Source: Felis catus | Lineage: Eukaryota | DNA length: 64,000 nucleotides | Assembly: GCF_018350175.1 (NCBI RefSeq) | Contig: NC_058368.1 | Location: 56,608,001 to 56,672,000 of the forward strand | Direction: 5' to 3' | In this document: piece by piece, positions 25,590-38,346 of the stretch | Layout of the letters: every line of letters begins with the position of its first letter | Position numbering within the stretch: position 1 is the first letter of the stretch | Position numbers and translations under genes: made by a program | Notes under the pieces: model-generated | What the model was told of the DNA's origin: nothing | The model's database searches: none | What the model saw: only the letters and a program-made list of their open reading frames with translations

Positions 25590-25980
25590 TAGATGCACCT
25601 CAACTTTCCACTAATGGGCATTATAACTATTTCACAATGTTGTCTACTGAATAAAGCTTCTGTGAACATTCACATACAGTTCTTTATATCCAAGCATGTT
25701 TTTATTGTTGTTGAGTAAACTATTTTTAACTTTATAAGAAATGTTTTTTCCTATAAAAAAAATCCCAAAATGTTTTTGAGTGGTTGCCGCACCATTTTAT
25801 ATAACCACTTGAAAAGTTTGGAATTTGTTTCATAGTCTCTTCAACCCTTAGTACTTCCAGTCTTAAAATTAACCACTTTTGTGGGTATCTTGGGGTATCT
25901 CACGTTATTTGCATTATCCCGATGACTAACAATGTTAACGTATTTTTGTTTGCATTTCATCAATTGATACATCTCCTATA
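25590..25980 (-). mobile_element. Old LINE-1 fragment
   Basis: AAAGCTTCTGTGAACATTCAC..CCATTTTATA..TTTGCATTATCCCGATGACTAA resembles antisense L1M 3' region. Confidence 0.6.
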
Positions 25981-27504
25981 ATTGCTTTACCAATTAGTAT
26001 TTTAAGTATTTTATCCGACACATGAACTTTTCTGTACTATAAAGGCTCTTTGGACTTTAGCCCTTCATATAATTAGAAATGGAATTTTATCATAGATATA
26101 TTTTCCCCTAACTTTCTGCAAGCAATTTTATTATCCAAGGTGATTGTGTTGAGAGAATTTTTTTTTTCCTGGATTCCTCAGTATTCCTACATCACTAGGT
26201 GTTCTGAATAAAGAAAATTGCCAAGCTTTAATAAATATAGAGTGTATCTCTATCTTTACATCTGCAAGGTTGTAAAAACCTAGAAGATCTGTTGACATCA
26301 TAGAAGTAAAGATAAGTTTTCATTTTCTCCAGGAGTAGAATAATAGGGACAAATAAGTTCACAGGTGGTATATGACCTATCTTGGACTTTTAGATTTCCT
26401 CCCCTGTGGTCTAAACTGAGTGCGCACGCACGTGAAATTCTGGCTTTCAGCTGCATTGTGGGCTGTTAGGTGTCGTGAACAAATGCAAGGTACTGTTTTG
26501 GCTGGTTGTGTTTTGTTTTACTTTTCTATGAGTAATATGGTTTGTTCTCTGATCCAGACGGGTGGTATCTCAGTATATGTAATAAAACTGACAAGTTAAC
26601 TTCTTAGCTTGGAAGTAGGGTCAAATTTCAAAATCTTCACAGTCTCAGGCACAACTCTAGGCAACAAGGATGGAATATCCGAGACATGGTTGAAAAAAAA
26701 GTCAAGGATCACACAAATCATTAAATAAGTGTTGCATAGGATGAATTGAACAGACATGGTACTAGACAGTGTGGATTTCATTAATCAGAATGGTAGACAG
26801 CGTGGCATGTGCCTGGGAAAATGTGCCAGGGACCAGAACCACGTAAGATCAAAAAGTGAATGTTTTGAGAGAAAATTCTTCTTGGGTTGTTTGTTATTCC
26901 TGAATATTCTACCCGTTCTGGGCAAAGGAAATTAACAAGCTATAATAAAGATGGAGAGCATCTCCCCACCCACCTCCAGAAACATTTGCTTGCACTTCAC
27001 AGTTGTGAAAAACTAGACATCTCCTCCTACCTTACCCAAGGATAACTTCTTTACATTATAGAAATTAAGATAAGGTTTTCTCTGTTATTTTCAGAGATGG
27101 ACAGAGGGGGTAGCAGTACCCCTCTGTAATCTCTGAATCCCATAATTTTGGGGTTCATCTCCTGTGTGCAAACCCACTACATGTTTAGGTAAGCCTCTGA
27201 TCCTCACTGTTGCTCTGTGGGAAATTTGCAGTGTAGGGAACTAACATAAAATTCTATCTTGCTTGCGTTTTTTGTTCCATGTAGCAAGTATCTGCTTTTT
27301 GACAGAAACACTGGATCTCTGCATGAGAGAAGAGACCATTTATTACAGCTAAAAACTAAAGTGTATATGTGGATGTGTGCGTATGTGTGTTTATGTGTAT
27401 GCACGTATTAATATATGTGTACACATGTATTTATGAATGCTAATAGAATTCAGACCAAACTCATGGTGTGAATGTTCGTAGATAGCATTGTCTTTGGGTT
27501 TCTT

Positions 27505-27718
27505 TTTTTTTTTTTAATGTTTATTTATTTTTGAGACAGAGAGAGATAGAACATGAACAGGAGAGGGTCAGAGAGAGAGGGAGACACAGAATCTGAAACA
27601 GGCTCCAGGCTCTGAGCTGTCAGCACAGAGCCCAACGCAGGACTCGAACTCACGGACCGCGAGATCATGACCTGAGCTGAAGTCAGATGCTTAACCGACT
27701 GAGCCACCCAGGCGCCCC
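27505..27718 (-). mobile_element. Felid CanSINE (SINEC_Fc2-type)
   Basis: Full element; TSD TGGGTTTCTT at 27495-27504 and 27719-27728. Confidence 0.97.
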
Positions 27719-27876
27719 TGGGTTTCTTGAAATTATAGTTTAAAACTTTACATAAAGTATTCCCAGGTTAGTAGGTTTATAGTCCTTGAAAATGCAATTT
27801 TTAAAAACTTTTCACCAGAATGATAGCATAAGATCATTGATCATTTTTTTAGCTACAGTTCCCTGTTTTATTTGCA

Positions 27877-27980
27877 GTCTGCTTCAGATTCTGTCTCCCT
27901 CTCTCTCTGTCCCTCCCCCACTCACGCTCTTTTTCTGTCTCCCCAAAATGAATAAACATTAAAAAAATAAATTCAAATAA
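27877..27980 (+). mobile_element. 5'-truncated CanSINE
   Basis: Only CTGCTTCAGATTCTGTCTCCC, (CT)n and AATAAACATT tail present. Confidence 0.85.
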
Positions 27981-28649
27981 ATTTGGCTACATTGGTTATT
28001 TATTATAGCCTGGTAAAACATATAGTACAAATTGGGGGGGAAAAACATTAAGTAAGCTACAAGGAAAATCAGATTCCTAATTATTCCAGATTTAGCCTAA
28101 TTCCTGGTTTGTATTTTATTCAAAGTAAGTTCAATGTTTTCATACTTAAACATGCTTTTAGATTCTTCTTGGCAGGCCATTAGCTGTACAGAAACTATAA
28201 GATTCTTATAAAAATTGAGGGCACCTTTATTTATTTTCTTGAACCAATCCTAGTTATAATTAAGGCTTTAATATATTATTTGACATACAAATACTTTTTG
28301 CATAATTTTAAATTATATTACCTCTATCACTGCTCAAGGTCAAGCTGATTATTGCAGGGACTTGTTTTTTATTTCTTCTTAATTGAAGTCATTAAAAATA
28401 AGGAAAATAATGATAAAGGTTATTAGCTTCCAGAACCCCTTGTGCTTAGTGTACAAAAACTTTATTTCATGACGTAATTATTTAAGATTACTAAACTAAA
28501 TATTGTATACAATAAAATAATGCAATGACAAAGCTATTTAAGTTCAAAGATCTTTAAGTATTCTCATTATATTTATCTACAAAGTCAATTATTGTCATAC
28601 GTAAAATATCAGTTGCCGCATCCAACTTTTCAAAAATTATTTAATTTAA

Positions 28650-28842
28650 TCTTTATTTTTGAGAAAGAAAGAGAGCATGAGGAAGGGAGGGGCAGAGTGA
28701 GAGAGGAAGACACAGAATCCAAAGTTGGCTCCAGGCTGTGAGCTGTCAGCATAGAGCCCAATGTGGGGCTCAAACTCATGGACTGCAGGATCATGACCTG
28801 AGCCGAAATCAGACTCAACTGACTGAGCCACCGAGGCACCCT
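28650..28842 (-). mobile_element. CanSINE
   Basis: TSD AAAAATTATTTAATTTAA at 28632-28649 and 28845-28862. Confidence 0.94.
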
Positions 28843-28873
28843 GAAAAAATTATTTAATTTAAAACTTATTGCC

Positions 28874-29100
28874 GAGACACCTGGGTGGCTCAGTTGGTTG
28901 AGTGTCTGAGCCTTGATTTCGGCTCAGGACATGATTTCAGGGTAGTGGAATCGAGCCAAGTATTGGGCTCTGCACTGAGTAGGGAGCCTGCTTAAGATTC
29001 TCTCTCTTTCTCTTTCTCTCTCGCTCTCTGTCCCTCTACCCCTCTCCCCCAGTTGCACACACACACACACTCTCTCTAATTACAAAAAAAAAAATAGTTA
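28874..29100 (+). mobile_element. CanSINE (older subfamily)
   Basis: CACCTGGGTGGCTCAG head; TSD AAAACTTATTG at 28861-28871 and 29101-29111. Confidence 0.92.
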
Positions 29101-29111
29101 AAAACTTATTG

Positions 29112-29500
29112 AGGAAAACATTTAGCAATATTTTTAAAAAGCTAAAATTATAACTATTACATGATAAAACCATTGCACTCTTGGGTGTCTATCCTAGAAA
29201 AATAAAATGAAATAAAAGCTTATATTGACACAAATACCTACATATGAATACCTGTAGCACTTTTATTCATTAAAACCAGGAACTGGGATCTATCCTGCTG
29301 TCTTTCAACAAGGGAATGGCTGTGGAATCAGTGGTATATCCATACCATGGAATAGCACCAGCAGTAAAGAAAGGAAATAACTACTAATATGTGTACCAAA
29401 AGGATGACTCTCCAGAGAATTATGCTGAGTGAATAAAGTCAATGCCAAAAAGTAGCATACTATATAATTTTGTTCACATAAAATGTTTGAAATAAATAGA
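29112..29500 (+). mobile_element. Old LINE-1 (L1M) ORF2 end / 3' UTR fragment
   Basis: CATTGCACTCTTGGGTGTCTATCCTAG, GGTATATCCATACCATGGAATA, AATTATGCTGAGTGAA. Confidence 0.85.
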
Positions 29501-29874
29501 GGCCTAGGAAATTAATTTGAAAGTTTTAGAAAAGGATAGTCTATTTTTAAGAATTTTCCAAAGTTGTTAATACTTGTGTAAATCCAAGGTGTGTGGGTGT
29601 AACAGTGATAGAGGAAGTAGTTCTGACAGTGATAGCAGCAAAAGAAGCCTCAAAAATTAGTAATACAATAGTGATAATTATACCTATATTCAAGAGACTT
29701 ATACTCCCTATATTCATTATCACTCATATTCCTAAAGCTAATTCTTATTTAATAAAATAAATATAAATTTTAATCATTCCAATAGATCAATATCAGAAAA
29801 TATTCTCACTTACTATTTTTAAAATTAATTATCCTTCTCCTTTTCTATTTTGGTCCCTCTGATGATTAATACTA

Positions 29875-30193
29875 TATAAAAGAGAACTTCCTTGAATATT
29901 TCCAAAAAACAGGTGGGAAATATGTTGGCTTTCCTTGCTTACCGAATTTCCTATTGAGTGTGAAATTGGCAGTAATATCCCAAATTATTAAACATCCTTT
30001 CATGATTATAGGAAATTACCAATTACCAATTTATAATTACCAATTATAAAAGAGAACTTCCCTGAATATTTCCAAAAAACAGGTGGGAAATATGTTGGCT
30101 TTCCTTGCTTACCGAATTTCCTATTGAGTGTGAAATTGGCAGTAATATCCCAAATTATTAAACATCCTTTCATGTTATAGGAAATTACCAATT
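29875..30193. repeat. Tandem duplication, two ~150-bp copies with a 20-bp spacer
   Basis: 29875-30024 and 30045-30193 differ by one substitution and one 1-bp indel. Confidence 0.97.
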
Positions 30194-30514
30194 TTAGGGA
30201 GTCCTAGAATAACTATATCTCTTCTAATTTAATTTTAACAGTATCAGTTTCTAGGCCTCAAAAATGTAATCCTGATTTTAATTAAATTATTTTGGTTATA
30301 TAATATATTTGAAGATTAAACAGACATACTTTATTATTTCTAAATCTTCATGTAACCACAATGAATTAAAATCTTAGAACTCTTCAAAAAAGAATCAAAA
30401 CAATAAACTTATTCCAAATTTGATAATCAGGTTGGATTTGAGGATGGTCCAAATTGATTCAATAGTCTTTGGAATTAGATCTTTTTAAGGGAGACTTGTG
30501 AATTGAAGAAGGAA

Positions 30515-31005
30515 ATATTATTTACCATTTCTCCCATTAAGGGGTGGGGTTTATTTTCACTCTCCCTAATTCTGGGCTTGACCTGTGACATGCTTTGATC
30601 AACAGAATTTGGCAAAAGTGATATCGCTTAACGTCTGAGACAAGACCTTAAAAAATCAGGAGCTTCCACTTTTGCAAGCTTGGAACTCCCCTACCAAGCT
30701 AAGAGAAACTCAAAATACTTGGTGAAGGTACAAGAAAACACGAATCTCTGGTCAATAGCTCTTGCTCATTTCTAAGCCAATGTCTAGTTAGCATTGCTTG
30801 CCAGATGTGTGCAGTGGTCATTTTGAACATTCCAGCACAGTTGAGCCTTCAGATGACTGTAGCCTCATTAAACATCACATGAAGGAAAATAATTGCCCAA
30901 CTGTGCCCAATTAACCTACAGAATCATTAGAAATAATAAATGGTTCTGGTTTTAGCCTACTAAATTTTAGGGTGGATTGTCATGCAGCAATAAGTAACTG
31001 GAACT
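30515..31005 (+). mobile_element. MaLR LTR (MLT1G/H-like)
   Basis: CTGTGACATGCTTTGATCAACAGAAT, CCTTCAGATGACTGTAGCC, CAGAATCATTAGAAATAATAAATGG..ATGCAGCAATAAGTAACTGGAAC. Confidence 0.82.
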
Positions 31006-32426
31006 GGAGAAAACAGATTTTCTGAATTCTAATAGCTCATTTTACATAATTAGATACATACTTGGTTAATTTGGATCATAGAGTTTCCTAGTACGCAAAC
31101 ATAAGAAAAAAAAAACAATATGAAATAAACAGTTTAAGAAGCCACCTTTCTGGTAAGAAGATTAAAGGAAAAAGATGTTTAATCTTCCTCACAGGAGGAA
31201 GGAAGGTAATGGAAAAACCAGATAGGTTTAGCGGCCTGTAATCCTTTTCTCCTAACATCCTGTGTAAAGACAACAGAATGACACTAACGGAGAGAGATTT
31301 CTACACGCATGGAAATGGTGCTGTTGTTGTACAGGAAAACAACATGGTTCTGCATGCCCCCGGGGAGGTATCGGAGGAGCTAAGAGGGCTGATGAACAAG
31401 CCTGCAGTCAGATAATAGAGGTTACAGCACGTTGAATATCATCACCAAGAACTCCAGACTAGGGAAGAGCAGATGCAAGTGCATATACAGAAACTGGATG
31501 GAACTGCTGATTATCATCATCAGACTCAATTAGGACATAACAAAGTTCAGAGAAGCAAGGATGAGAAAGCACCACATTATTAACAGAAAGGTCCTGTGAA
31601 CAAGAAGCATTTCCTCCTTTCATCATTGCTATTATGAAGGCCTAGCACCATCTTGTACACACAGAGTATGTCAAGGGACAAGTTCTCTAAAAGACTATTC
31701 ATTCGATTCTCTAATGGATGAACTTAGCATAAGGATTCTATTGACTTGACAAAGATGGCAGTGCCTTATGCTCAGCCTTGTCCATAACTGTTGTATATTA
31801 GATATTGCGTAAAAAGTTGAACCCAGAATAATATAACTGTGGCAAAATATTGGATTTGCATAACCAGAGGTAGATCCTTGACATCTCACACGTCCTATTC
31901 CAGTTTATTGGCAGAAAAGGCAGAGAGCTTCTAGCAATCACTCTTTCTTGCCTTGGGATTGCTTACTCACCATGGATTTTACTGATCATTAAAATAGAAA
32001 AACACCTAGGAAGACAACCACAAACCTTGTACACTCCATTGTTTATATAGCTTTGTCTTACATCTTTGAACTGCTTGTCAGCTAGTTTATGATAAATCAT
32101 AACAAAAATAATTTAATCCAAGTATATGTCATCATTTTCTCTGATTTTTGAAGGCAGATTAACTCTATGGTTTGGTTAAATTGTACTTTTATTTGTTAGG
32201 GTGAAATACTACTTACTATTGAATAAATTGGGAACTCTTCAAGAAGTAAAAGGAATGAGGAATTCCACATTTATTGGCACATATGACTTGTTTTGTGTAA
32301 TCTTACATCCTTATCATATAAGCATGAAAATAAATTGCAATACAAAATAATCTTTAAGTTTTGCAAGTGGCATGATATTTATATTATAATGTAGACAGTA
32401 CAATTGTATAAAACATACAAGGTTAT

Positions 32427-32640
32427 GGGGAGCCTGGGTGGCTCAATCGTTTGAGCCTCTGACTGTTGGTTTCAGCTCAGGTCATGATCTTGAGGTGCAT
32501 GGATTCAAGCCCCGCATGGGGCTTCATGCTGCCTGCTGCCGATATGGAGCCTGCTTGGGATTCTCTCTGTCTCCCTCCCTCCCCCGCCCCTTTGCTCTCT
32601 CTCTCAAAAATAAATTTAAAAAAAAGTTAAAAAAAAAACG
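32427..32640 (+). mobile_element. CanSINE (older subfamily)
   Basis: GGGGAGCCTGGGTGGCTC head, GCCTGCTTGGGATTCTC, A tail. Confidence 0.93.
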
Positions 32641-34699
32641 AAGTTAAAGGTCACAAAGCTAAAATTCACAAATCTACATTCTTGAGTTGTGATTATGGGT
32701 TGTTTCCTGCTATGAAAATACAGGTCAGGATGCCCGTTCTGCCTCTCCATCGGTAATGGTGGCATTTGAATGAAATAACTGATTAAAGCAACCTTCAGAT
32801 AATCTTAGATAGGAGGTAGAGAGCAAGAGATTCAGGAAGCAGAATGTTGAAGAAGCCAGGAGACATGAAGAAGGATGATATACCTAAGAGACTATGGAGA
32901 GATTTCTCAGCAATGAGACATTGTTAAATCAAGTGGAGAGTAAAGAAGACATTAGTAGTTGAATCATTGAGGGCACAAAGCATAGCCATGACTGAACTAA
33001 CTTGCAATTATGACAGTTTATTGATGTGGTATCACAAAGAGAAATCTAGTTCTCTAGGATATCTGAAGTTTTCACTAGCAAAACAGTTTCCCTCACTCTT
33101 TTCTCTTTTTCAGTACCTTCAAAATAAGTGTTCCTCAAGTAAGACAACCTGAGCATGTCTCCTACCTGCAACTGCAAGAATCAAATTGCAAAAATTTAGT
33201 AACTTGAGGGCACAGAAATGTATAAGTTATAAACAGTTTGACAAATTACTTTGTCTTTGATTCAAAAACTAGTTCAAACTCATAAGAAAATTGTTAGTTC
33301 TATATTTTGAATTACCTGGTTTCACTTTTAATATGAATACTCAAAACCATAAAGTGATTTATTAATAGGACTTCTGATGTGAATATGCCTTTTAGTCATC
33401 ATCTTTTATCTTGACAAAACAACAAAGGGGAATGATAAAATAAAGGACAAATTTGAGATTTCATTTTTAGTAACCATAGAAGACAAATGAAATCAAAGAC
33501 TCCAGGTTATGGTAAAGGTTAAGTGTTAAGATTAGGTAGAATCTAAGAAGGAAGAAGTAGAGAAATGGGAAGGAGTGTCAAAACGAGTCTCAAGGTAAGG
33601 AATTTTAGGAAGAACCAGTAAAATATTCTTTATGAAGATAAAAGCTTGTCATGAAATGATTGAAGAAAAACAATCACTTTCCTTGAAATAAGTCAGAGAG
33701 TGACATGAGCCTGAACTTTTGAACATCCCTAGCACCTTCTTTGGTCAGAACAGAGGCTGCACATTTGTAGAAGAATGACCCAGATAAGACAACTCAGAGA
33801 AAACAATCTGGTTAAGTCTATAATTTGGAAAAGGTGTACTCTTGAGTTGTTAATACTGACAGACAACTCCAGCTCTTCGTCTTCATGATTATCCCAAATT
33901 GGCTTCAAATAGGTGTTCTGGAAAAATCTATTGTATTCAATAATTAGTAATAAATAAAATAAATGAGCATGCATAGATATGATGGTACTATAAGGGAAAT
34001 ACAGAAAAAAAATCAAGAGATCATGAACATACAACAGAAAAATGTTGAAATAATTCCATAAAGTGTTTAGATTTTGTTAAAACAGGTTACCATTTCTTCA
34101 AAAACAGTTAATGATATAATTTTCTCTGTGAAGGAAAATTATGAAATAGAACTATATGGAGACAGGAGTGAGTGAGACAAAAGCAGATTATAAGTAAGAA
34201 AGACTGAAGTAGTAGAAGGGGAAAAAAACCCTTGAGATACTATCTTAAGAAGGACAAGGAAGAGTACAACTATGGGAAGATCTTGAGAGACATGAAGATA
34301 TAACAGAGAAGAGTTATCAAAAGCATGTGGATAAAATGAGATTGTTAAATAGGATTAGAAGTTTCACTTCAGTCAGCAGTGGACCAGTTGTTCCAGTGTA
34401 GTGTTCTTGTTAGAGACTTAGAGACACATCAAATGCCAGACAAGAAGAAGCAGATGAAGAAGAAGCTAAAGAGGGAGGGGGAAAAAAAAGGAAAAGGAGA
34501 AGAAGAAAGTGGAGGAGGAGGAAAAGCAGACACAGAAAAAGAAACAGAAGATCAAGAAAACAGCAACACAGAGACAGCACTGACAGAGCATTACAATGAA
34601 CTCTACAGATTTTCATACCAAATGGCCAGCACTCAAAGAAAAAAAAAACATGTAAAAGAAGAGTTACTTGACCAAAACACTAGAGAATACTATAAAACT

Positions 34700-35270
34700 A
34701 AAAAAACATAGAAGATAATGATATTGATGTGACCAGACATGCACATTAAATAACCATGATTCAAGGATTTGGAAAAAAAAGTTAGAGAATATAAGCAAAG
34801 AACAGGACATTATTTAAAGAGTAAAATGGATCTTTTAAAATAGAAATTAATAATTATATAAATGAGATTAACATGTTAGAAAATAATTACAAGGAAATTC
34901 ACGATGTGGAATCTAGAAAAAAAAGATCCATATCTACACACACAGTGATACTAAAACAGAAATAAATATTATAAAAGATATATGAAATACAGTTGAAAAG
35001 AGAGAACAGAATAGGGAGAATAGAGAGAATAGGAAAGAAACAAATAGCTAAACAGATTAGGGGTGAAAATTCCCAATACTGTTAAAAGTCATCCATCTGC
35101 AGATACAGTAGTCTATGAATTCACCCTGTCCTAGTAAGGATAAATATAAAGAAAATAATTTTGCAATATGTAAAAGGAAATGAGTAACATAAAAGACAAT
35201 GAAAAATCTTATAAACGGTTAGAAAATACAAGAGGAAAAAAGTTCAATAAAAAGAAAAAATGATGACAAT
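34700..35270 (+). mobile_element. Highly decayed L1/HAL1 ORF1-like region
   Basis: A-rich strand bias; GAAAATTCCCAATACTG..ATCTGCAGATAC..GGATAAATATAAAGAAA..GAAAAATCTT resembles L1 ORF1. Confidence 0.45.
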
Positions 35271-35283
35271 TTTACAGAAACAA

Positions 35284-35725
35284 TGTGTATTAATTTTTTC
35301 TGCAATTTTATATATGCAACTTTCACAATTTGGGTGGCTGATTGCAACCATTCTGTATTGGCCTTATAGGTCAGCTGCGTTTCAGAGGGTTTACCATCTG
35401 GGAAAGTCTGAACTGCAGACTTCCAGTCTGGTAAGATTTCCTTCATATCTTCATTCTAGAGCCCTGTCATGCACAACAGCAGCTACATGAAGCATGTTCT
35501 TCCTATGATGCATCAAGCACAAGAGGCCATGACAAATCACATAAGCACATTTACAGGCTTACTTTTAGTCTTATAGGTGAATAAATATCCAATTGGCCAG
35601 AGCACTACCAGCAAAATGGTGGGAAAGTATACTCTGTCTAGTTGGAAGGAATTATAAAATCGCCTGCCACAGGTCATTCTCTACAGGGAGTGAGTAATGT
35701 ATTGAGAATAGTTTTCCAAGCTACT
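35284..35725 (-). mobile_element. Old MaLR LTR (MLT1I/J-like)
   Basis: GCAGCTAC..GCATGTTCTTC..AAGCACATTT..CCAATTGGCCAGAGCA..GGGAAAGTATACTCTG. Confidence 0.6.
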
Positions 35726-37479
35726 TCATAATGGAATCTATTCAACGATGATATTATATCTTTAAAATGCTGAAAGAGCTTCCAATTTACATTTATATAT
35801 CCAGAGAAAACTCCAAGAATATTATACATGAACTTTTCGTGAAGAAATTATTCCAGAAATAAATCAAGCAACTAATCATGACTAAGCATAATACAAAATA
35901 CTGGTTTTGATTACTGTATATATTTAGCTGAATATATTTAAGTGTGACATAATGTGGGAATTAAAGTGACAGAGCAGACATGCAAATATTTAAGCCATAA
36001 AAATTAAAAAAAAATTGGGGTAGGGGGGAAGTAATCTGGGAGTTTTATAGTTGTCCACTTCAAATAACTGCATGTCAAAAACATGTTTAAAGTGGACAAA
36101 TAAGGCAGCAACATTACCATATAGAATAGCAAAAAGAAAAGAAGGAAAATAGTTGCAAAACATAGGTGACAGAGGAGAATGTAAGTATCCTTAGTGATAA
36201 TTACAAATTGCATCTATAGAGACATACTATTAAAGGTGTCATGCAACTTGGTGATAATAAAGATAACCATAAGAGCCAAACTTTATTAAGTATCAGAGGA
36301 AAAATTGTATACTGCAAAATGAAACAAAGAGAATAGTTCAGAAAGAAAGATTTAAAGAAGATATAGGACAAAAAATAGCATAATATAATATGATAAACCC
36401 TAGTGTAATCATATGTCATGTTGATAAATATAAATAGGTTAATTTCATCTTAAAAAAAAAAAAACAGTTTAACTCATGGAACAGAGCAAACTTGCGGTTC
36501 TCCAAACAATTTTTCCTTTCCTGTAGTCCTCACATGTATGGCTGACACCTCACAAAGTAACCTAAGAAGCCACATTTTTCAGCTCATAAATGAATGTAGG
36601 TAATATATCCTCTTTACAAATTGTGCTAACGTAGTCACGAAAATTGTCCAATTTTTCCTATTTATGAATAGCTTTATTCAATACACCAGAAAAACTATAT
36701 GTGGTGTCCAAAAAAAAAAGACAGTATTGTCTAACACAGGTTCATGAAAATAATTTACTTAGAGATTTATGAAATATATTTTGACTGCTTCAGTAAGCAG
36801 ATAAAAATGCACAGACCTTTCATAATTGTAAAGTCACAAAACAGGCATTTTAATTTCCTGAAAACAAGAGAAAATGTTTTTATGTACAAACGATAGGAGC
36901 TTTTTAGTGGATCATTGACTGGAGCATATACTGAGAGCAAGTTTTCCAAGACCAGAGATAATAGTTTATGATCATGTGCAAAGATCAAAATAATGCTATA
37001 ATATTATATTTCTAAGAAATCCAGATAGTAAAATAGATTCAGTGCTCACCAATACCTTGATTGTCTTTACACTATTAGGTTCTAAAGACAGTTTATACAT
37101 GGGTTTGTGTTTTAACAGATTAAAAGTTACTTGGATCACATCACTGGATTCTACACAGTATTATCAAATCCAATACATCAGTCCTTCCTAGACTTTTGGC
37201 AACAGTGTAAATAGTGTCTCGATTAATTTGGTTTAAAGTGTGCATATAGTAATAAAAATATGAAGGCAATATAAGAAAAAATACCATAAGGAATTGAAAT
37301 TTCTTGTCTCTGGGAAGGGAGCTCAGGACAAGTAAAGATAAGAGGTGTTTATTTTTTCTTTTAAAAGTCTTTTAAAACTAAGAGACTGTTTCAGATATGT
37401 TCAATGATGGAAAATAAAAACTAACTTACAAAACAAAATTCAAAAAATTACAATATTTTATCCTTAATCTTGCATTCTC

Positions 37480-37700
37480 TGGCACATACTTGAATTAGAA
37501 GTCTGACTCCTCACCTCGTTAGCTATCTGTACATGGACACAAAATTTATCTTCTCTGTGGTACAATTATCTTAATTATGCAATCACAATAATAATAGTGC
37601 CTACCTCAAAGGACCTCATGCTTGAGTTAATATATGTAAGTGATTTGGGCATTGTTCTGCACATCATTAAGTTCTCAATAATTATTAAAAATTTAAATGT
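37480..37700 (+). mobile_element. MIR fragment
   Basis: ATAATAGTGCCTACCTCA..TGAGTTAATATATGTAA..TCTCAATAA. Confidence 0.6.
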
Positions 37701-38123
37701 TGATGTTTATAGTTATATGTAATGTCTTTCTCTTATAATTATGGTTTCTAGAGAAAAAAAATACCTTGAAGACCCATTTAGAAGCCACATCTCTCTGTAA
37801 TAACTTTCTTCATCTTCATGTGAAAGTGATCTCTCCAAAGACAATTTATCTGTATTTATATACTAACAGGCATAATTAGACCAGTATTGTTAAGAGAGAT
37901 ATGCAAGCCTAGGCAATTCAAAGGATCAGCACACCTTGTCCCTGGTGTAGGAATAGTCAAGAGCAAGATATGTTTGCAGTCTGAGAACATTTTAAAAACT
38001 TTCATTTCACTCACTATTTTTGTCCAACAAACTACAGAATGTAAAGTTTGACAATATTGTTTAGAAGATAGACTGAAAAATCATTAGGGGAAGGTGTCAC
38101 AAGTTTTTTAAAAAGTGTGTTAA

Positions 38124-38346
38124 GGAACGCCTGGGTAGCTTAGTCGGTTAAGCACCCGACTTGAGCTCAGGTCATGATCTTGTGGTTCCTGGTTCAAGCC
38201 CTGCTTTGGGCTCTGGTGACAGCTCAGAGAATGGAGCCTGCTTCGGATTCTGTGTCTCCCTCTCTCTGTGCCCTCCCCTGCTTGCGCTCTTTCTGTCTCA
38301 AAACTAAATAAAAAAAACATTAAAATAAATAAATACGTACATACAT
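38124..38346 (+). mobile_element. CanSINE
   Basis: CGCCTGGGTAGCTTAGTCGG head; TSD AGTGTGTTAA at 38114-38123 and 38347-38356. Confidence 0.93.

Noticed and set aside
34379..34711. 110-aa Lys/Glu-rich ORF
   Set aside because: Arises from a purine-rich GAA/GGA low-complexity tract that lacks stops; GTG start; no homology recognised.
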